Positions 53,889 to 63,565 of a stretch of 64,000 nt of DNA are shown piece by piece. The notes under the pieces were generated by a model. That model was given only the letters and a program-made list of their open reading frames with translations, searched no databases and was not told the origin of the DNA. The stretch is from Akkermansiaceae bacterium (GTDB lineage Bacteria; Verrucomicrobiota; Verrucomicrobiia; Verrucomicrobiales; Akkermansiaceae): contig JANMSI010000135.1 of the NCBI GenBank assembly GCA_031389115.1, positions 18,758-82,757 on the forward strand, in the 5' to 3' direction. The first letter of the stretch is position 1, and each line of letters opens with the position of its first letter. Made by a program: the position numbers and the translations under genes.

Positions 53889-54497
53889 CTACCGCAAGAG
53901 TGCGATTTGCTCGCCGGGGCCGTGGACGCCTTCGATCAGGATGCCCTCCACATCGGCGGTTTTGGACGGGCCGGTGCACCAGATGATGTTCGGGCTATCG
54001 CCAAAAGCGGCGATGGCGTCCGGGATGGTGCGGAAGATTTCCGTGCGCTCTAACACCGCGACGTGGACCCATGGCGAAAGCGCTGCGAGACGATGCGAGG
54101 TGCGGCAGTCATCAATGATGACGGTGCCGGATTCCGCAATCGCCCCCGTGGCGCGGGTGATGCCGAATTGATAGTCGTCATAGCGGTCGCGGTGGAATTC
54201 GGTTTCAACGGTGAGGCCAGCAGATGCAAGGTGGCTGCCAATATCGGCATAGAGCGCTGGATCGCAGTAACCGTGTCGCTGCCCGGCTTGAATGAGGAAA
54301 TCGCTGAGCTGGCCGACTGAAGTCATCGGCTTGCCGTTCACCGCGGAAAAGTTGCGGGCGAAAATTTCCCAGATGTCGGCGCCGTCGAGTTTCGGCAGGG
54401 AGTGGACGAGGGCCATGTCGTATTCCGGGTAGTCGGCTTTGGTTTTCAAAGCGGCGTTGGCGGATTCGATCTTGGCGAAAATGGCGGAGCGGGACAT
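53889..54497 (-). CDS. lutC: LUD-domain lactate utilisation protein C
   Basis: GITRATGAIAESGTV, LSPWVHVAVL, GPSKTADVEGILIEGVHGP. Confidence 0.85.
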   Translation of the reverse strand: MSRSAIFAKIESANAALKTKADYPEYDMALVHSLPKLDGADIWEIFARNFSAVNGKPMTSVGQLSDFLIQAGQRHGYCDPALYADIGSHLASAGLTVETEFHRDRYDDYQFGITRATGAIAESGTVIIDDCRTSHRLAALSPWVHVAVLERTEIFRTIPDAIAAFGDSPNIIWCTGPSKTADVEGILIEGVHGPGEQIALLR

Positions 54498-54549
54498 GGG
54501 GGATGGTTAGAAGTGATGGGTTTGGAGGATTGCGTTTAACGAATAACTT

Positions 54550-55950
54550 CTAACTATTAACGTTCTTCCTGCCCTTCATCCACTTGCGGAAGTCGCCGCC
54601 GTGGGATTTGGGCAGGGTTCGCTGGCCGAGCCAGTCTTGGAGCGGCTTGATCGGTGCGACTTGGATCGGGAGATGATTCATGGCTTTGGACATCGTCATC
54701 GCTGTACGCCACAGCGAGGGCGAGGTCGCGAGGACGGCGAAGGGCGACATGGGAATGGCTCCAGCGGACGGGATTTCTTCGCGTTTCGCCTTGTCACGGA
54801 GGCGGAGGAGAAGATCGGGAATCGGAATGTCCACAGGGCAGACTTCGTTGCAGGCACCGCAGAGGGTTGAGGCTTTGGGCAGGTCGGCGAGTTCGGGGAA
54901 ACGGCTGCCGAAAAGGATGGGTGATAGCACCGCGCCGATCGGCCCGCCGTAAGTCGAGCGGTAGGCGTGGCCGGAGGCTTGGCGATAAATGGGGCAGACG
55001 TTTTGGCAGGCACCGCAGCGGATGCAGCGGAGGATTTCCTTGCAGTTCGAGGCGAGGACGTCGGTGCGGCCGTTGTCCATGAAAACGACGTGCATGTGCT
55101 CGGGTCCGTCGGGCTGGTTGGCGGAGCGGGGACCGTTGATGAACTCGGTGTAAACCGTGAGCTGCTGGCCGGTGGCGGAACGGCCCAGCAAGTTGAGGAA
55201 CACCGCGAGGTCCTTTTCCTGCGGGATGATTTTCTCGATCCCGACGAGCGCGATATGCACAGGCACCGGAGCCATACCGAAACGCGAGTTTCCTTCGTTG
55301 GTGGCAATTGCCAGTCGGCCGGTGTCCGCGCAGACAAAATTCGCGCCGGTGATGCCAGCCTGGGCTTCCATGTATTTCGTCCGGAGATAGACGCGCGCGC
55401 GGCGGGTGATGGCCTCTGGATCGTCGTTGTAGTCGGTGGAAATTCCTTCGCGCTGGAACGTCTTGGCAATGTCCCGGCGGTTCTTGTGGATGATTGGCTT
55501 GACGATGTGGGAAGGCTCATCGCCATCAAGCTGGATGATGAATTCGCCGAGGTCGGATTCGAGGCACTCGACGCCGTTTTCGATCAGAAAAGGATTGAGA
55601 TGGATCTCCTCCGCCGCCATCGACTTGGATTTCGTCAGTCGCGTCACGCCGTGTCCGCGCAGGATGGAGAGGATTGCCTGGCGGGCGTCCTCATCGGTGG
55701 CGGCGTAATGGACGTGGACGCCGCGGGAGGTGAGGGCTTGCTCGGCTTTTGCCAGATAATCGCCCAAGTGGTGGAGCGTGTGATCCTTGATGGCGGCGGC
55801 CAGTTTCCGCAGGGCGTCTGGGTCTGGATAGTCCTGGTGGAGGACGTGATAGCGCTTGTCCGTGCCGGCGGCGGAACCGTCAATGACCGAGTGCTGCTTC
55901 TCGTCGGAAATGTCGCGGGCGTATTGATCGATGGGTTGGATGCCGATCAT
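54550..55950 (-). CDS. lutB: Lactate utilisation Fe-S protein B (start moved to 55950)
   Basis: KSKSM..EEI, ESDLGEFIIQL, PSHIV.P, CIRCGACQNVCP and CGACNEVCP ferredoxin motifs. Confidence 0.92.
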   Translation of the reverse strand: MIGIQPIDQYARDISDEKQHSVIDGSAAGTDKRYHVLHQDYPDPDALRKLAAAIKDHTLHHLGDYLAKAEQALTSRGVHVHYAATDEDARQAILSILRGHGVTRLTKSKSMAAEEIHLNPFLIENGVECLESDLGEFIIQLDGDEPSHIVKPIIHKNRRDIAKTFQREGISTDYNDDPEAITRRARVYLRTKYMEAQAGITGANFVCADTGRLAIATNEGNSRFGMAPVPVHIALVGIEKIIPQEKDLAVFLNLLGRSATGQQLTVYTEFINGPRSANQPDGPEHMHVVFMDNGRTDVLASNCKEILRCIRCGACQNVCPIYRQASGHAYRSTYGGPIGAVLSPILFGSRFPELADLPKASTLCGACNEVCPVDIPIPDLLLRLRDKAKREEIPSAGAIPMSPFAVLATSPSLWRTAMTMSKAMNHLPIQVAPIKPLQDWLGQRTLPKSHGGDFRKWMKGRKNVNS

Positions 55951-56258
55951 GGTGTGTTTGGGGTCCAGGAATTGATGGGAAGCATACGAAAGCGGGCTTG
56001 GGTGAGAGTGGCCGTTAGGACGCAACCTCGCAACAATGATTCGGCGAATCGAACCCAAAGCCACAGGATGAGTTGGCAAAGCGATTGCCCTTTGAGTCCT
56101 TCCTCCCGGATACGGATCACCGATGGTTTTCGAGCACCTGATTTCGCCAACAACGCATGGAAATCCGCGTCGAGGGTGACCAGGATTCGGTTCTCATTGT
56201 TTTCACAGAGCAGGAGAACCGCTGTTCGCAGAAGGCGTTGATCAAGCAACCAGCGCAT
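55947..56258 (-). pseudogene. DUF5615 PIN-like toxin with an apparent in-frame internal deletion
   Basis: MRWLLDQRLLRTAVLLLCEN runs directly into NENRILVTLDADFH...PSVIRIR; the usual ~25-30 aa intervening segment is absent. Confidence 0.65.
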
Positions 56259-56484
56259 CACCGGGGAGATCAATGATAGGGTCGGGCAGATGAAGGGCCG
56301 CGTAGTGCAGCGCCTGTTTCACATCCTCGTCACCGAGTTCGGGATATTCCGAGCGTCTTTCGGCGGCATCCGGATAAAGCGCGGCGATTTCAATCACCTG
56401 CCTGACGGTCAGGCGCAGGCCTCGCAGGCAAGGTTGGCCGTTGAGCTGGTTCGGGTCCGAGGTGATGAGATCAAGAGCGATCAT
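56242..56484 (-). CDS. DUF433 antitoxin-like protein
   Basis: ITSDPNQLNGQPCLRGLRLTV...YPELGDEDVKQALHYAA. Confidence 0.88.
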   Translation of the reverse strand: MIALDLITSDPNQLNGQPCLRGLRLTVRQVIEIAALYPDAAERRSEYPELGDEDVKQALHYAALHLPDPIIDLPGDALVA

Positions 56485-56526
56485 ATGGCGAGTGTAGGAC
56501 GGCAACAGTCCCGGTGAAAGCGGGAT

Positions 56527-57285
56527 TTAGGCGGGTTTCAGGGTATCTCTTAGGATTTGGATGGCGTGAAGATGCTTGATCGGACGGCCTTGGGTGACGG
56601 CGAGGCCATTTAGATGCATCAGGCATGACATGTCGCCGCTGACCAGCAGATCGGGCTCGGTTTCAAGGATGTGATCGAGTTTGAGCGATCCCATGCGTCC
56701 CGAAATGTGGGGAAAGGTAACCGAAAACGTGCCGCCGAAGCCGCAGCATTGCTCCCCTTGACCGAACGGGGTGACGACGGAGTTTTCGATGGATTCGAGA
56801 AGCTGAAGCGTCGCCCCGCCGCTGCCGGTGCCGCGACTGTGGCAGGAGCGATGGAACGCGATCCGGGTGGGCGTTGCGAATTTGCCGGGCCATTGGGTGA
56901 TGCCCAGGCCGTTGACGATGAAATCCATGATTTCCCACGTGCGATTGGCGAGCGAGTCGATCGCTGCGTCCGGCTGTTCCTCAAATTGCAGCGGATTGCC
57001 GTGGAAATTCATCGCGGCACAGGATCCGGACGGGACAATCACCGGCAGGTCTCCAGCGAAGACAGCCGCGCAGTGGCGGGCGACTTTTCGCGACGAGACC
57101 CAGTCACCCGAGTTGAAGGCAGGTTGGCCGCAGCACGTCTGGTTTTCGGGAAATTCCACGACTACGCCCAGATGTTCAAGGACTTCGACGGTCGCCCGGG
57201 CGACATCATCATAGAAGGCATCACAAAGACAGGTGCCCATCAGAAGCACGCGTTTGTTAGTAGGTCGTTGAGTTGCGCTGGCCAT
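56527..57285 (-). CDS. lutA: Lactate utilisation protein A (CCG-domain Fe-S)
   Basis: TCLCD, QTCCGQPAFNSG, SGSC, HRSCH, QCCGFGGTF, DMSCLMHL. Confidence 0.92.
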   Translation of the reverse strand: MASATQRPTNKRVLLMGTCLCDAFYDDVARATVEVLEHLGVVVEFPENQTCCGQPAFNSGDWVSSRKVARHCAAVFAGDLPVIVPSGSCAAMNFHGNPLQFEEQPDAAIDSLANRTWEIMDFIVNGLGITQWPGKFATPTRIAFHRSCHSRGTGSGGATLQLLESIENSVVTPFGQGEQCCGFGGTFSVTFPHISGRMGSLKLDHILETEPDLLVSGDMSCLMHLNGLAVTQGRPIKHLHAIQILRDTLKPA

Positions 57286-57397
57286 GGAAAAATGCGGGTG
57301 AGTCGCTGCTTACGGGCAGCGGAATGGCCAAAGGCTAAATATCCGGGCCGAAAGGACAATGGAGAATGTTTCGCTTTGCCCGGGATACCGCGCCCGA

Positions 57398-57524
57398 TGC
57401 AGAGTGCATGTCATTTTCATGCAAATCCCCATTCCTTCGATGACAGGGGCAGCTTCGGTTTCCGCGCAGGTCATTTCCAGTCAGTGACTCAGCACGCGTG
57501 ATCCACATTGGCCGATATCTTGCA
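57398..57524 (+). promoter_or_regulatory. Sigma-54 promoter (57508-57524) with upstream TGCA-N3-TGCA site (57398-57408)
   Basis: TTGGCCGATATCTTGCA is GG-N10-GC; TGCAGAGTGCA lies about 110 bp upstream. Confidence 0.72.
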
Positions 57525-57550
57525 AACGATGACATTAACCCACCACACTC

Positions 57551-57718
57551 ATGCTTAACTGGACCATCACTTTTTCAATACTCGCGCTGATTGCCGGCGT
57601 ATTTGCATTTACCCGGCTTGCCGGAACCGCCGCTGGCATCTCGCAGACACTTTTCGCGCTGTTTCTCGGGCTGATGATCGTCTCGATTTTCAACGAGGAA
57701 CGTCGGCGGAGGTTGTAG
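57551..57718 (+). CDS. DUF1328 (YtjA/UPF0391) small membrane protein, 55 aa, not in the ORF track
   Basis: Hand translation MLNWTITFSILALIAGVFAFTRLAGTAAGISQTLFALFLGLMIVSIFNEERRRRL*. Confidence 0.85.
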   Translation: MLNWTITFSILALIAGVFAFTRLAGTAAGISQTLFALFLGLMIVSIFNEERRRRL

Positions 57719-58529
57719 CGTTGGAAACATCACCCCAGCCGTTCGAACCCTTGGCAAACGACCAGGCGCCAGCTTCGACAAACACGCTGGATTGATAAAC
57801 ATGGTGCACCGCCTCGATGCGATCTTCCTTCAGCCGAATCTCGTGAAATCCCTGAGGCTCACCTTGCAAGCGGGTTGAGCAAACCGTGGGAGCCTGGGAA
57901 ATAATGGTTTTCCAGCTCCCGCTGAGGCCGGTCGCACGGATTTGAGACCGATGAAAATGCCCGCACATTACCAGATCGACCTGGGCCTCCTCGAGGACTT
58001 GCATCAGCTCCATTAACGGCCGGACGACGGCTCTGCCGGGTATTTGCAACGCCAGCAGCGGGTGATGGAGCACCAAAATTCGGCAATGTCCCGCTGGCCC
58101 GTCCTGAAATTTCTGCTTCATTCTCGCGAGCTGCCGCCGGGACAGTCGGCCCTCGGACCAATCCGAATGGAAGCCAAACGGCCGTGAACTGTTCACGCTC
58201 ACCACGTGGACGCCGGAAGCGACCAGCTCGGGTTCAAGCTCCCCGCCGAAGGTTTCCTGAAACCGTCCGAAGGAGTGGAAAAAGCGGTCAAACGGTTGAT
58301 TGATCAGCGGGATGTCGTGGTTGCCGGGGATGAGCACACGCGGTTCCGGCAACTGGTCGAAAAATTCCTTGGCGGCCTTCAACTCGCCCCGCCGCGCCCG
58401 CATGGTGAGGTCGCCGCTGAGAATCGTGAGCTGCGGCTCCATCGCTGCGGCGCGGTTTAGAAATGCGGCAGCCACGGTCGGATCTGAGGCTCCAAAGTGG
58501 GGATCGGATAAATGAAGAATGCGAGTCAT
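57690..58529 (-). CDS. Calcineurin-like metallophosphoesterase
   Basis: HLSDPHFG, SGDLT, PGNHD, LHHP and GHFH motifs. Confidence 0.92.
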   Translation of the reverse strand: MTRILHLSDPHFGASDPTVAAAFLNRAAAMEPQLTILSGDLTMRARRGELKAAKEFFDQLPEPRVLIPGNHDIPLINQPFDRFFHSFGRFQETFGGELEPELVASGVHVVSVNSSRPFGFHSDWSEGRLSRRQLARMKQKFQDGPAGHCRILVLHHPLLALQIPGRAVVRPLMELMQVLEEAQVDLVMCGHFHRSQIRATGLSGSWKTIISQAPTVCSTRLQGEPQGFHEIRLKEDRIEAVHHVYQSSVFVEAGAWSFAKGSNGWGDVSNATTSADVPR

Positions 58530-59464
58530 CAGCGGTCCGGTGGAATTTCGGTGAGGATGTCCGGGCTTGTCAGGACTTTAAGGTGCGCGGGTAAAATGCG
58601 CAGCTTGATGGGGAAGCGTAGGCGGAGGATTTCCCCATCCAGCATGGCATTGCAACTTTTCCGCCGCGATGCGCGCAGCGTCATGTGGCTGGCCGCTACC
58701 AGTTGTAAACCGGGATTCTGTTCGTGGCGGCCCAGCGCGTAATCGAAGATTCCCCGCAGCGCCTCGGAGGGGTGGCGATGCGTGCCGATGTAAGCGGTGA
58801 GCTTGCCGGAAGCGAAATCCGTGCGAGCGGGAATGAGGCCGGCGCTGTCCTTGTAGCGTCCGGGGACGAACGCGGAAAACTTAGTGCGGGCCTTCCCGGT
58901 GCCGCCGTCACCCTCCCAGGAAAGCGCCAGCGGACGCGCGTTCATGAAGGTGCGCCGCAGCCCGGTGAGGAGCTTGATGGACTTCTTCCACCAACGCCCG
59001 CCGTGATCGCGCTTTTCGAAAATATTCGAGAACTCCGGGTAAAATCCAAGGATGGTCGTACACAGGCACGCGTGACCCGCCACATCCAGCACATCGATGG
59101 AAATCACCTCCGCCGTCGTGAGGAAGCGTGCGGCATCTTGAATTTCCAGCGGCACACCCAAATCCCGAGCGGCTAGGTTGAACGTGCCCATCGGCAGGAT
59201 GCCCAAGGCGATCCCGGTGCCTCCGAGGTGGCGGGCTGCGGCGGAAACCGTGCCGTCTCCGCCGCCGACGATGAGGGTGTCCGGTGCCTTGGCGATGGCT
59301 CGCTCCAAGGTCTCGTCGATTTCCCCCGGCTCGATCAGCGAGGATGAAATTTCATGGCCCGCTTCTTGAAAAATCGCTTCCACCGAGCGGCGGACTTCAT
59401 CCGCCTGGAGGCCCCGATGCGTTCCTCCCGATGCGCGATTCATCAGCAAAATGCAGCGGCTCAT
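58529..59464 (-). CDS. Diacylglycerol-kinase-family (YegS-like) lipid kinase
   Basis: N.ASGG, VGGGDGTV, ILPMGTFNLAA, LDGE. Confidence 0.9.
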   Translation of the reverse strand: MSRCILLMNRASGGTHRGLQADEVRRSVEAIFQEAGHEISSSLIEPGEIDETLERAIAKAPDTLIVGGGDGTVSAAARHLGGTGIALGILPMGTFNLAARDLGVPLEIQDAARFLTTAEVISIDVLDVAGHACLCTTILGFYPEFSNIFEKRDHGGRWWKKSIKLLTGLRRTFMNARPLALSWEGDGGTGKARTKFSAFVPGRYKDSAGLIPARTDFASGKLTAYIGTHRHPSEALRGIFDYALGRHEQNPGLQLVAASHMTLRASRRKSCNAMLDGEILRLRFPIKLRILPAHLKVLTSPDILTEIPPDR

Positions 59465-60099
59465 GCGGAGGTGACGGGGTTGAACGCTAGGAAAGGGAGA
59501 TTTTTGCGGATCGATTCCTCAAGCTTCGCATTGGCCACGATCCCACCCGTTGCGACCTCCGGATCGTGCAGCGATTCCAACACGCTTAACCAACCGGCCG
59601 CCTGCGGGCAGCGGGAAGTTTCGTTAGTGAGTATGTAAATGGCCTCCTCAGGTCGCCGGTTGCGGGCGGCGTGCATCGCTCGGGCCAGCGATCCTCGTCC
59701 GGGCTGCCGGATGAACTCCACGACCTCCCGGAGATCGACGGGGCGCACCGGCTTGAGCAGGAAATCGAACACGCCTTGGCGGATCGCCTGCAAGGCGGAG
59801 TGCGGACTGATTGCGGCGCTGCACAGGACGATGGACATGTAATTTTCCTGGCCGCGGAGAGTTTCGATCACGCCGAGACCGTCCAGCTCGGGCATCCGCA
59901 GATCGAGGATCATGATGTCAAATTTCATCTCCGCGATCCGCTCCAACGCAAGCTGGCCGGTGGGCGCCGTTTCGACGGTCGTCGTCCGGCTGGAGAGGGC
60001 ATAAGCGAAACCCAGCCGGAGCGTGGGCTCGTCATCGACGACGAGCACCCTCAGCTTGGTGCCGTCCAGCGAATTTTCCGTGTCAGGCGATTGGGACAT
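59461..60099 (-). CDS. Response regulator (receiver plus short helical C-terminus)
   Basis: VVDDEP, ILDLRMPELDG, DFLLKP. Confidence 0.9.
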   Translation of the reverse strand: MSQSPDTENSLDGTKLRVLVVDDEPTLRLGFAYALSSRTTTVETAPTGQLALERIAEMKFDIMILDLRMPELDGLGVIETLRGQENYMSIVLCSAAISPHSALQAIRQGVFDFLLKPVRPVDLREVVEFIRQPGRGSLARAMHAARNRRPEEAIYILTNETSRCPQAAGWLSVLESLHDPEVATGGIVANAKLEESIRKNLPFLAFNPVTSA

Positions 60100-61900
60100 C
60101 AATGTAAAATTCGGTTAGCTCCTCCGTCCGCTCGCACAGTCCGATGCGGCCCTCATGCGCCCTGATGATTTCCCGGGAGATGAAAAGCCCTAGTCCGACG
60201 CCATCCGACTTTTGCCCCGGAGCACGGTAAAATCGCTCGAAAATCCGGCTCTGGGACGTTTCGGGCACGCCCGGCCCTTCATCGATGACCGATACCCGGA
60301 GGTGGTCAGCGTCCGGTCGGGACTGGCGGACGATGACTTTTCCGCCGGGCGGGCTGTGCTTGATGGCATTGGCCAGGAGATTGTTCATGACCTCGTCCAA
60401 GCGCACGGGATCGCCTAAAATTTCGGTCGATTCATTGATGCCTGCCTCGATCTGAAGCTGCACGTTTTTCGTCGCAGCCGCGCCTTCGTAAAGGTGAGCG
60501 GCGCGGACCACGCAGTCCTGCAGGATCATCGGAACGCGGGAAAGATGGGTGGCACCGCTCTCCGCCCGTGAAAGATCCAGCAGGGTATTTAAAGTCGCGA
60601 GCAGACGTTCGCAGTCATCGTTCGCGGATGCCACCAGGGTTTTCTGCATCTCGTCGAGCCGGCCGGTCCGTTCTTCGAGCAGCAGGTGCAGGACCATGCG
60701 AATGCCGGTCAGCGGCGTCTTGATTTCATGGCTGACCGTCGAGAGTAGGTTCGTCTTCATGTCATCGAGCCACCGGATCCGGCTGACATTGTGAAGGAGG
60801 ACCGCCCAGCCGGATTCCGCCCGGCTCTCGGCCTCGAAGCGGAAGATCCGGGGCAAATAGTAGAATTCTTCCTCATGCACGCGGAACAGCAGCGCTTCCC
60901 GCGGGTCTTCTGGAAGGAAGTGAGCCGAGGTCTCGCGGCAATCATCGAGGATGTGCTGAATCTTCAAGGGCAATCGACCGGTGACGCCCAGGCTCTCGGC
61001 CAGTTTCTCCGCTGCGGGATTGATCTGTACAATGCCGGTTTCATCGCTGAGGACAAACACGGGCGACGGAATTGCTTCGAGGATGGCGCTGTTGACCATT
61101 TTTGCCCGCATCAGATTCTCGTCGCTTTCTCCCCGTCTCGACTTCAACTCGACCGCCATGGAGTTAAACGCAGACACGACATTCGAGAACTCGCTGTCAT
61201 GCGCAGGCTGCGGCAGGATCCGCTCGAAGTTGCCCTTGCGGATCTCTTCGATCGACCGGCGCAAGGAAACCACAGGGTCCACCAAATGCCGGACCAGTTG
61301 GAAATAAACGAGCACCGCGACGGTCGTCCCTAAAAAAACCAAGGTTACCACGAACAACGTATTCTTGCCGGAGTCCTTCCCAAGTCGGTCCGCTCCCGAA
61401 AAAAACTTATCCTCAGAGAGAGTAATCACATTATCCGTCAGGTCGATGATCCGCTGCGTTTGCGCGGCCATGGTCTGAAGGAGTCTCTCCCGCTGGCTGC
61501 GATCCACCGCTTTCCCGCTGAAATAGTGTTCGTATCCAGTGCGATACAATTCGAGCGCTTGATCCAGCCTCGCAACCACGCCGTCCCAATTTTGATCGTG
61601 ACGATCGCTTGAGTGGATGATGTGGAGTTTTTCCTCTATCAGGGGAACGACCTTGTCGTAAAACGCGCGGCTGACCGGTTGCTCCGGTGGCGGACCTGCC
61701 AGGAGCGGGAGATAAGTGGTGTTAAGTGTGATCGTTAAGGTTCTAAAGCTCTGCGAGGCATCGATCGCGCGATAATCTGCCCGCAGCCGCCGATCGAATC
61801 GGGTCACAGAGTCCCGCGTCAGCATCAACGCTGCGGCACCGACGCCCCAGAGCAGAACCGTGATGGTGACGAGGCCATAGAGCAGGCGGAGGCGAAGCAT
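60083..61900 (-). CDS. Sensor histidine kinase (TM, HAMP, PAS-like, HisKA, HATPase), KinB-like
   Basis: Two TM helices, SHEIKTPLT H-box, NLLANAIK, DEGPG, FERFY, GLGL. Confidence 0.93.
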   Translation of the reverse strand: MLRLRLLYGLVTITVLLWGVGAAALMLTRDSVTRFDRRLRADYRAIDASQSFRTLTITLNTTYLPLLAGPPPEQPVSRAFYDKVVPLIEEKLHIIHSSDRHDQNWDGVVARLDQALELYRTGYEHYFSGKAVDRSQRERLLQTMAAQTQRIIDLTDNVITLSEDKFFSGADRLGKDSGKNTLFVVTLVFLGTTVAVLVYFQLVRHLVDPVVSLRRSIEEIRKGNFERILPQPAHDSEFSNVVSAFNSMAVELKSRRGESDENLMRAKMVNSAILEAIPSPVFVLSDETGIVQINPAAEKLAESLGVTGRLPLKIQHILDDCRETSAHFLPEDPREALLFRVHEEEFYYLPRIFRFEAESRAESGWAVLLHNVSRIRWLDDMKTNLLSTVSHEIKTPLTGIRMVLHLLLEERTGRLDEMQKTLVASANDDCERLLATLNTLLDLSRAESGATHLSRVPMILQDCVVRAAHLYEGAAATKNVQLQIEAGINESTEILGDPVRLDEVMNNLLANAIKHSPPGGKVIVRQSRPDADHLRVSVIDEGPGVPETSQSRIFERFYRAPGQKSDGVGLGLFISREIIRAHEGRIGLCERTEELTEFYIDVPIA

Positions 61901-61919
61901 GGGTAGTCAAGGTGGGGGG

Positions 61920-63290
61920 TCAATCGATACCAAATCGCTTCCGTTTGCGGTAGAGGGTGGCCTTGTCGATGCCGAGGACCGAAGCCGCATCGTGGAGCGA
62001 GGGTGCCCAGCCGAGCACTTTCGTGAGATGGGCCTGCTCGATTTCATCCAGGCTGTGCTCGCCTCCGATTCCTAGATTGCCCGGGTCTGGAGCGCTTCCT
62101 GCAACCGTGGGCGTGGGGCGCGGGAGGTCTTCCGCTTCTACCGTCGATCCACGGGCCAGGATGGTGGCCCGCTCGATCGCATTGCGAAGTTCCCGCAGAT
62201 TTCCGGGCCAGGGATGGCGCATGAGGGCGCTGCGTCCGCTGTCGCTGAAGCCTTCGATTTTACGCCCGAGCTGGCCGGCGAAGAAGTCGAGGTAGTCCTT
62301 CGCGAAACGCGCAAGATCGGCCGAGCGGTCCCGCAGCGGCGGGACGGTCACGCTGATGACGTTCAGACGGTAGTATAAATCCTCGCGGAAATGCCCCTCG
62401 CTGATGCACGTCTTCAGGTCGCGGTTCGTGGCGGCGATGACGCGCACGTTGGACTCGCGGACCTTGTTTTCGCCAAGCCGTTCGTATTCCCTCTCCTGCA
62501 ACAGCCGCAGCAGTTTCGGTTGAATCTCCATCGGCAGTTCGCCGATCTCGTCAAGGAACAAGGTGCCCCCGTCCGCCGCGTGGATTTTGCCCCACGTGTC
62601 CTTGATGGCTCCGGTGAACGAACCTTTCATGTGGCCGAAAAGGGCGCTTTCCAGCAGCTCCTTCGAGAGACTGGGACAGCTTACCGTCACGAATGGCTTG
62701 TCCCGCAAATGGCTCCGGTCGTGGATTTCCCGTGCGATCACGCTTTTTCCGGTGCCGCTCTCCCCGAGAATCAGAATCGAGGCATTCGTCGCCGCGGCGC
62801 GAAACAGGATATCGAATTCTTCCCGGGTTTTGGCGTCCTCAGACGAGAACCGGAGCGGTGGCGATGCGTGGCGGACCTCGCTCTTCAGCTCCTGGACCGT
62901 CTCTTTCAAGCGCACCACTTCGCCCTGAGTCCTCAGGGCTTTCTGAGCCTTGATCAAAATAGCGCGCAGTTGATCGGGCGTGAAGGGCTTCTCCAAATAG
63001 TCGAATGCCCCGAGCTGGGTCGCTTTGACAGCGGTAGGAATCGAGGCGTGGGCGGTGAAAATAGTGACCAATTGCTGCGGCTTGAGCGCCACAATTTTTT
63101 GTAGAATTTCCAGGCCGTCCTCGTCTCCCAAGCGGAGATCTAGAAACACCAGATCGAAGTTTTCCTCCTTGATCCTGCGTAGCGCAAGGCTGCCGTCCTC
63201 AGCCGTTTCCACATAATGACCCTCGCTTTCCAATGCCAGCGACGTGGTCAACCGAATCGACTTTTCGTCGTCAACAATGAGAATATCCAT
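61920..63290 (-). CDS. Sigma-54-dependent response regulator (NtrC family, AlgB-like)
   Basis: FLDLRLG receiver, GESGTGKS, GSFTGA loop, LFLDEIGE, WPGNLREL, C-terminal HTH. Confidence 0.94.
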   Translation of the reverse strand: MDILIVDDEKSIRLTTSLALESEGHYVETAEDGSLALRRIKEENFDLVFLDLRLGDEDGLEILQKIVALKPQQLVTIFTAHASIPTAVKATQLGAFDYLEKPFTPDQLRAILIKAQKALRTQGEVVRLKETVQELKSEVRHASPPLRFSSEDAKTREEFDILFRAAATNASILILGESGTGKSVIAREIHDRSHLRDKPFVTVSCPSLSKELLESALFGHMKGSFTGAIKDTWGKIHAADGGTLFLDEIGELPMEIQPKLLRLLQEREYERLGENKVRESNVRVIAATNRDLKTCISEGHFREDLYYRLNVISVTVPPLRDRSADLARFAKDYLDFFAGQLGRKIEGFSDSGRSALMRHPWPGNLRELRNAIERATILARGSTVEAEDLPRPTPTVAGSAPDPGNLGIGGEHSLDEIEQAHLTKVLGWAPSLHDAASVLGIDKATLYRKRKRFGID

Positions 63291-63415
63291 GCAATTTTTC
63301 GAAGTGGGATCTACGCCTTCTTACCATTCGCCGTACCGCCGGCTGTTGAATAGGCAAGGAATTCAACGCCAGTGACTTGGGTGGCGATTTGCACAACCTG
63401 GGATCATGCCCGTCG

Positions 63416-63551
63416 TGCAGGATGGTGTGATGCTCAGATTGGTCGTGCAAGATGCAATATGAATGCCTCGGGTTTGCTGCCGGATGGCAGGGTCATAGCG
63501 GTTTATTTTGAAAGAGTTGTAGCTATTCCAAATTCTGGCGCAGGACTTGCG
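63416..63551 (+). promoter_or_regulatory. Sigma-54 promoter (63535-63551) with upstream TGCA-N3-TGCA site (63446-63456)
   Basis: CTGGCGCAGGACTTGCG is GG-N10-GC; TGCAAGATGCA lies about 90 bp upstream; gtcgtgca(g/a)gatg is repeated at 63412 and 63442. Confidence 0.75.
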
Positions 63552-63565
63552 AAACGGGCCTCACC

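Noticed and set aside
55951-56079. 43-aa N-terminal extension of LutB in the ORF track
   Set aside because: It overlaps the DUF5615 gene in another frame; the ATGA-coupled start at 55950 is more plausible.
57304-57321. Short hairpin cgctgct-tacg-ggcagcg upstream of lutA as a riboswitch or ncRNA
   Set aside because: It is a single small stem with no further recognisable structure or family motif.
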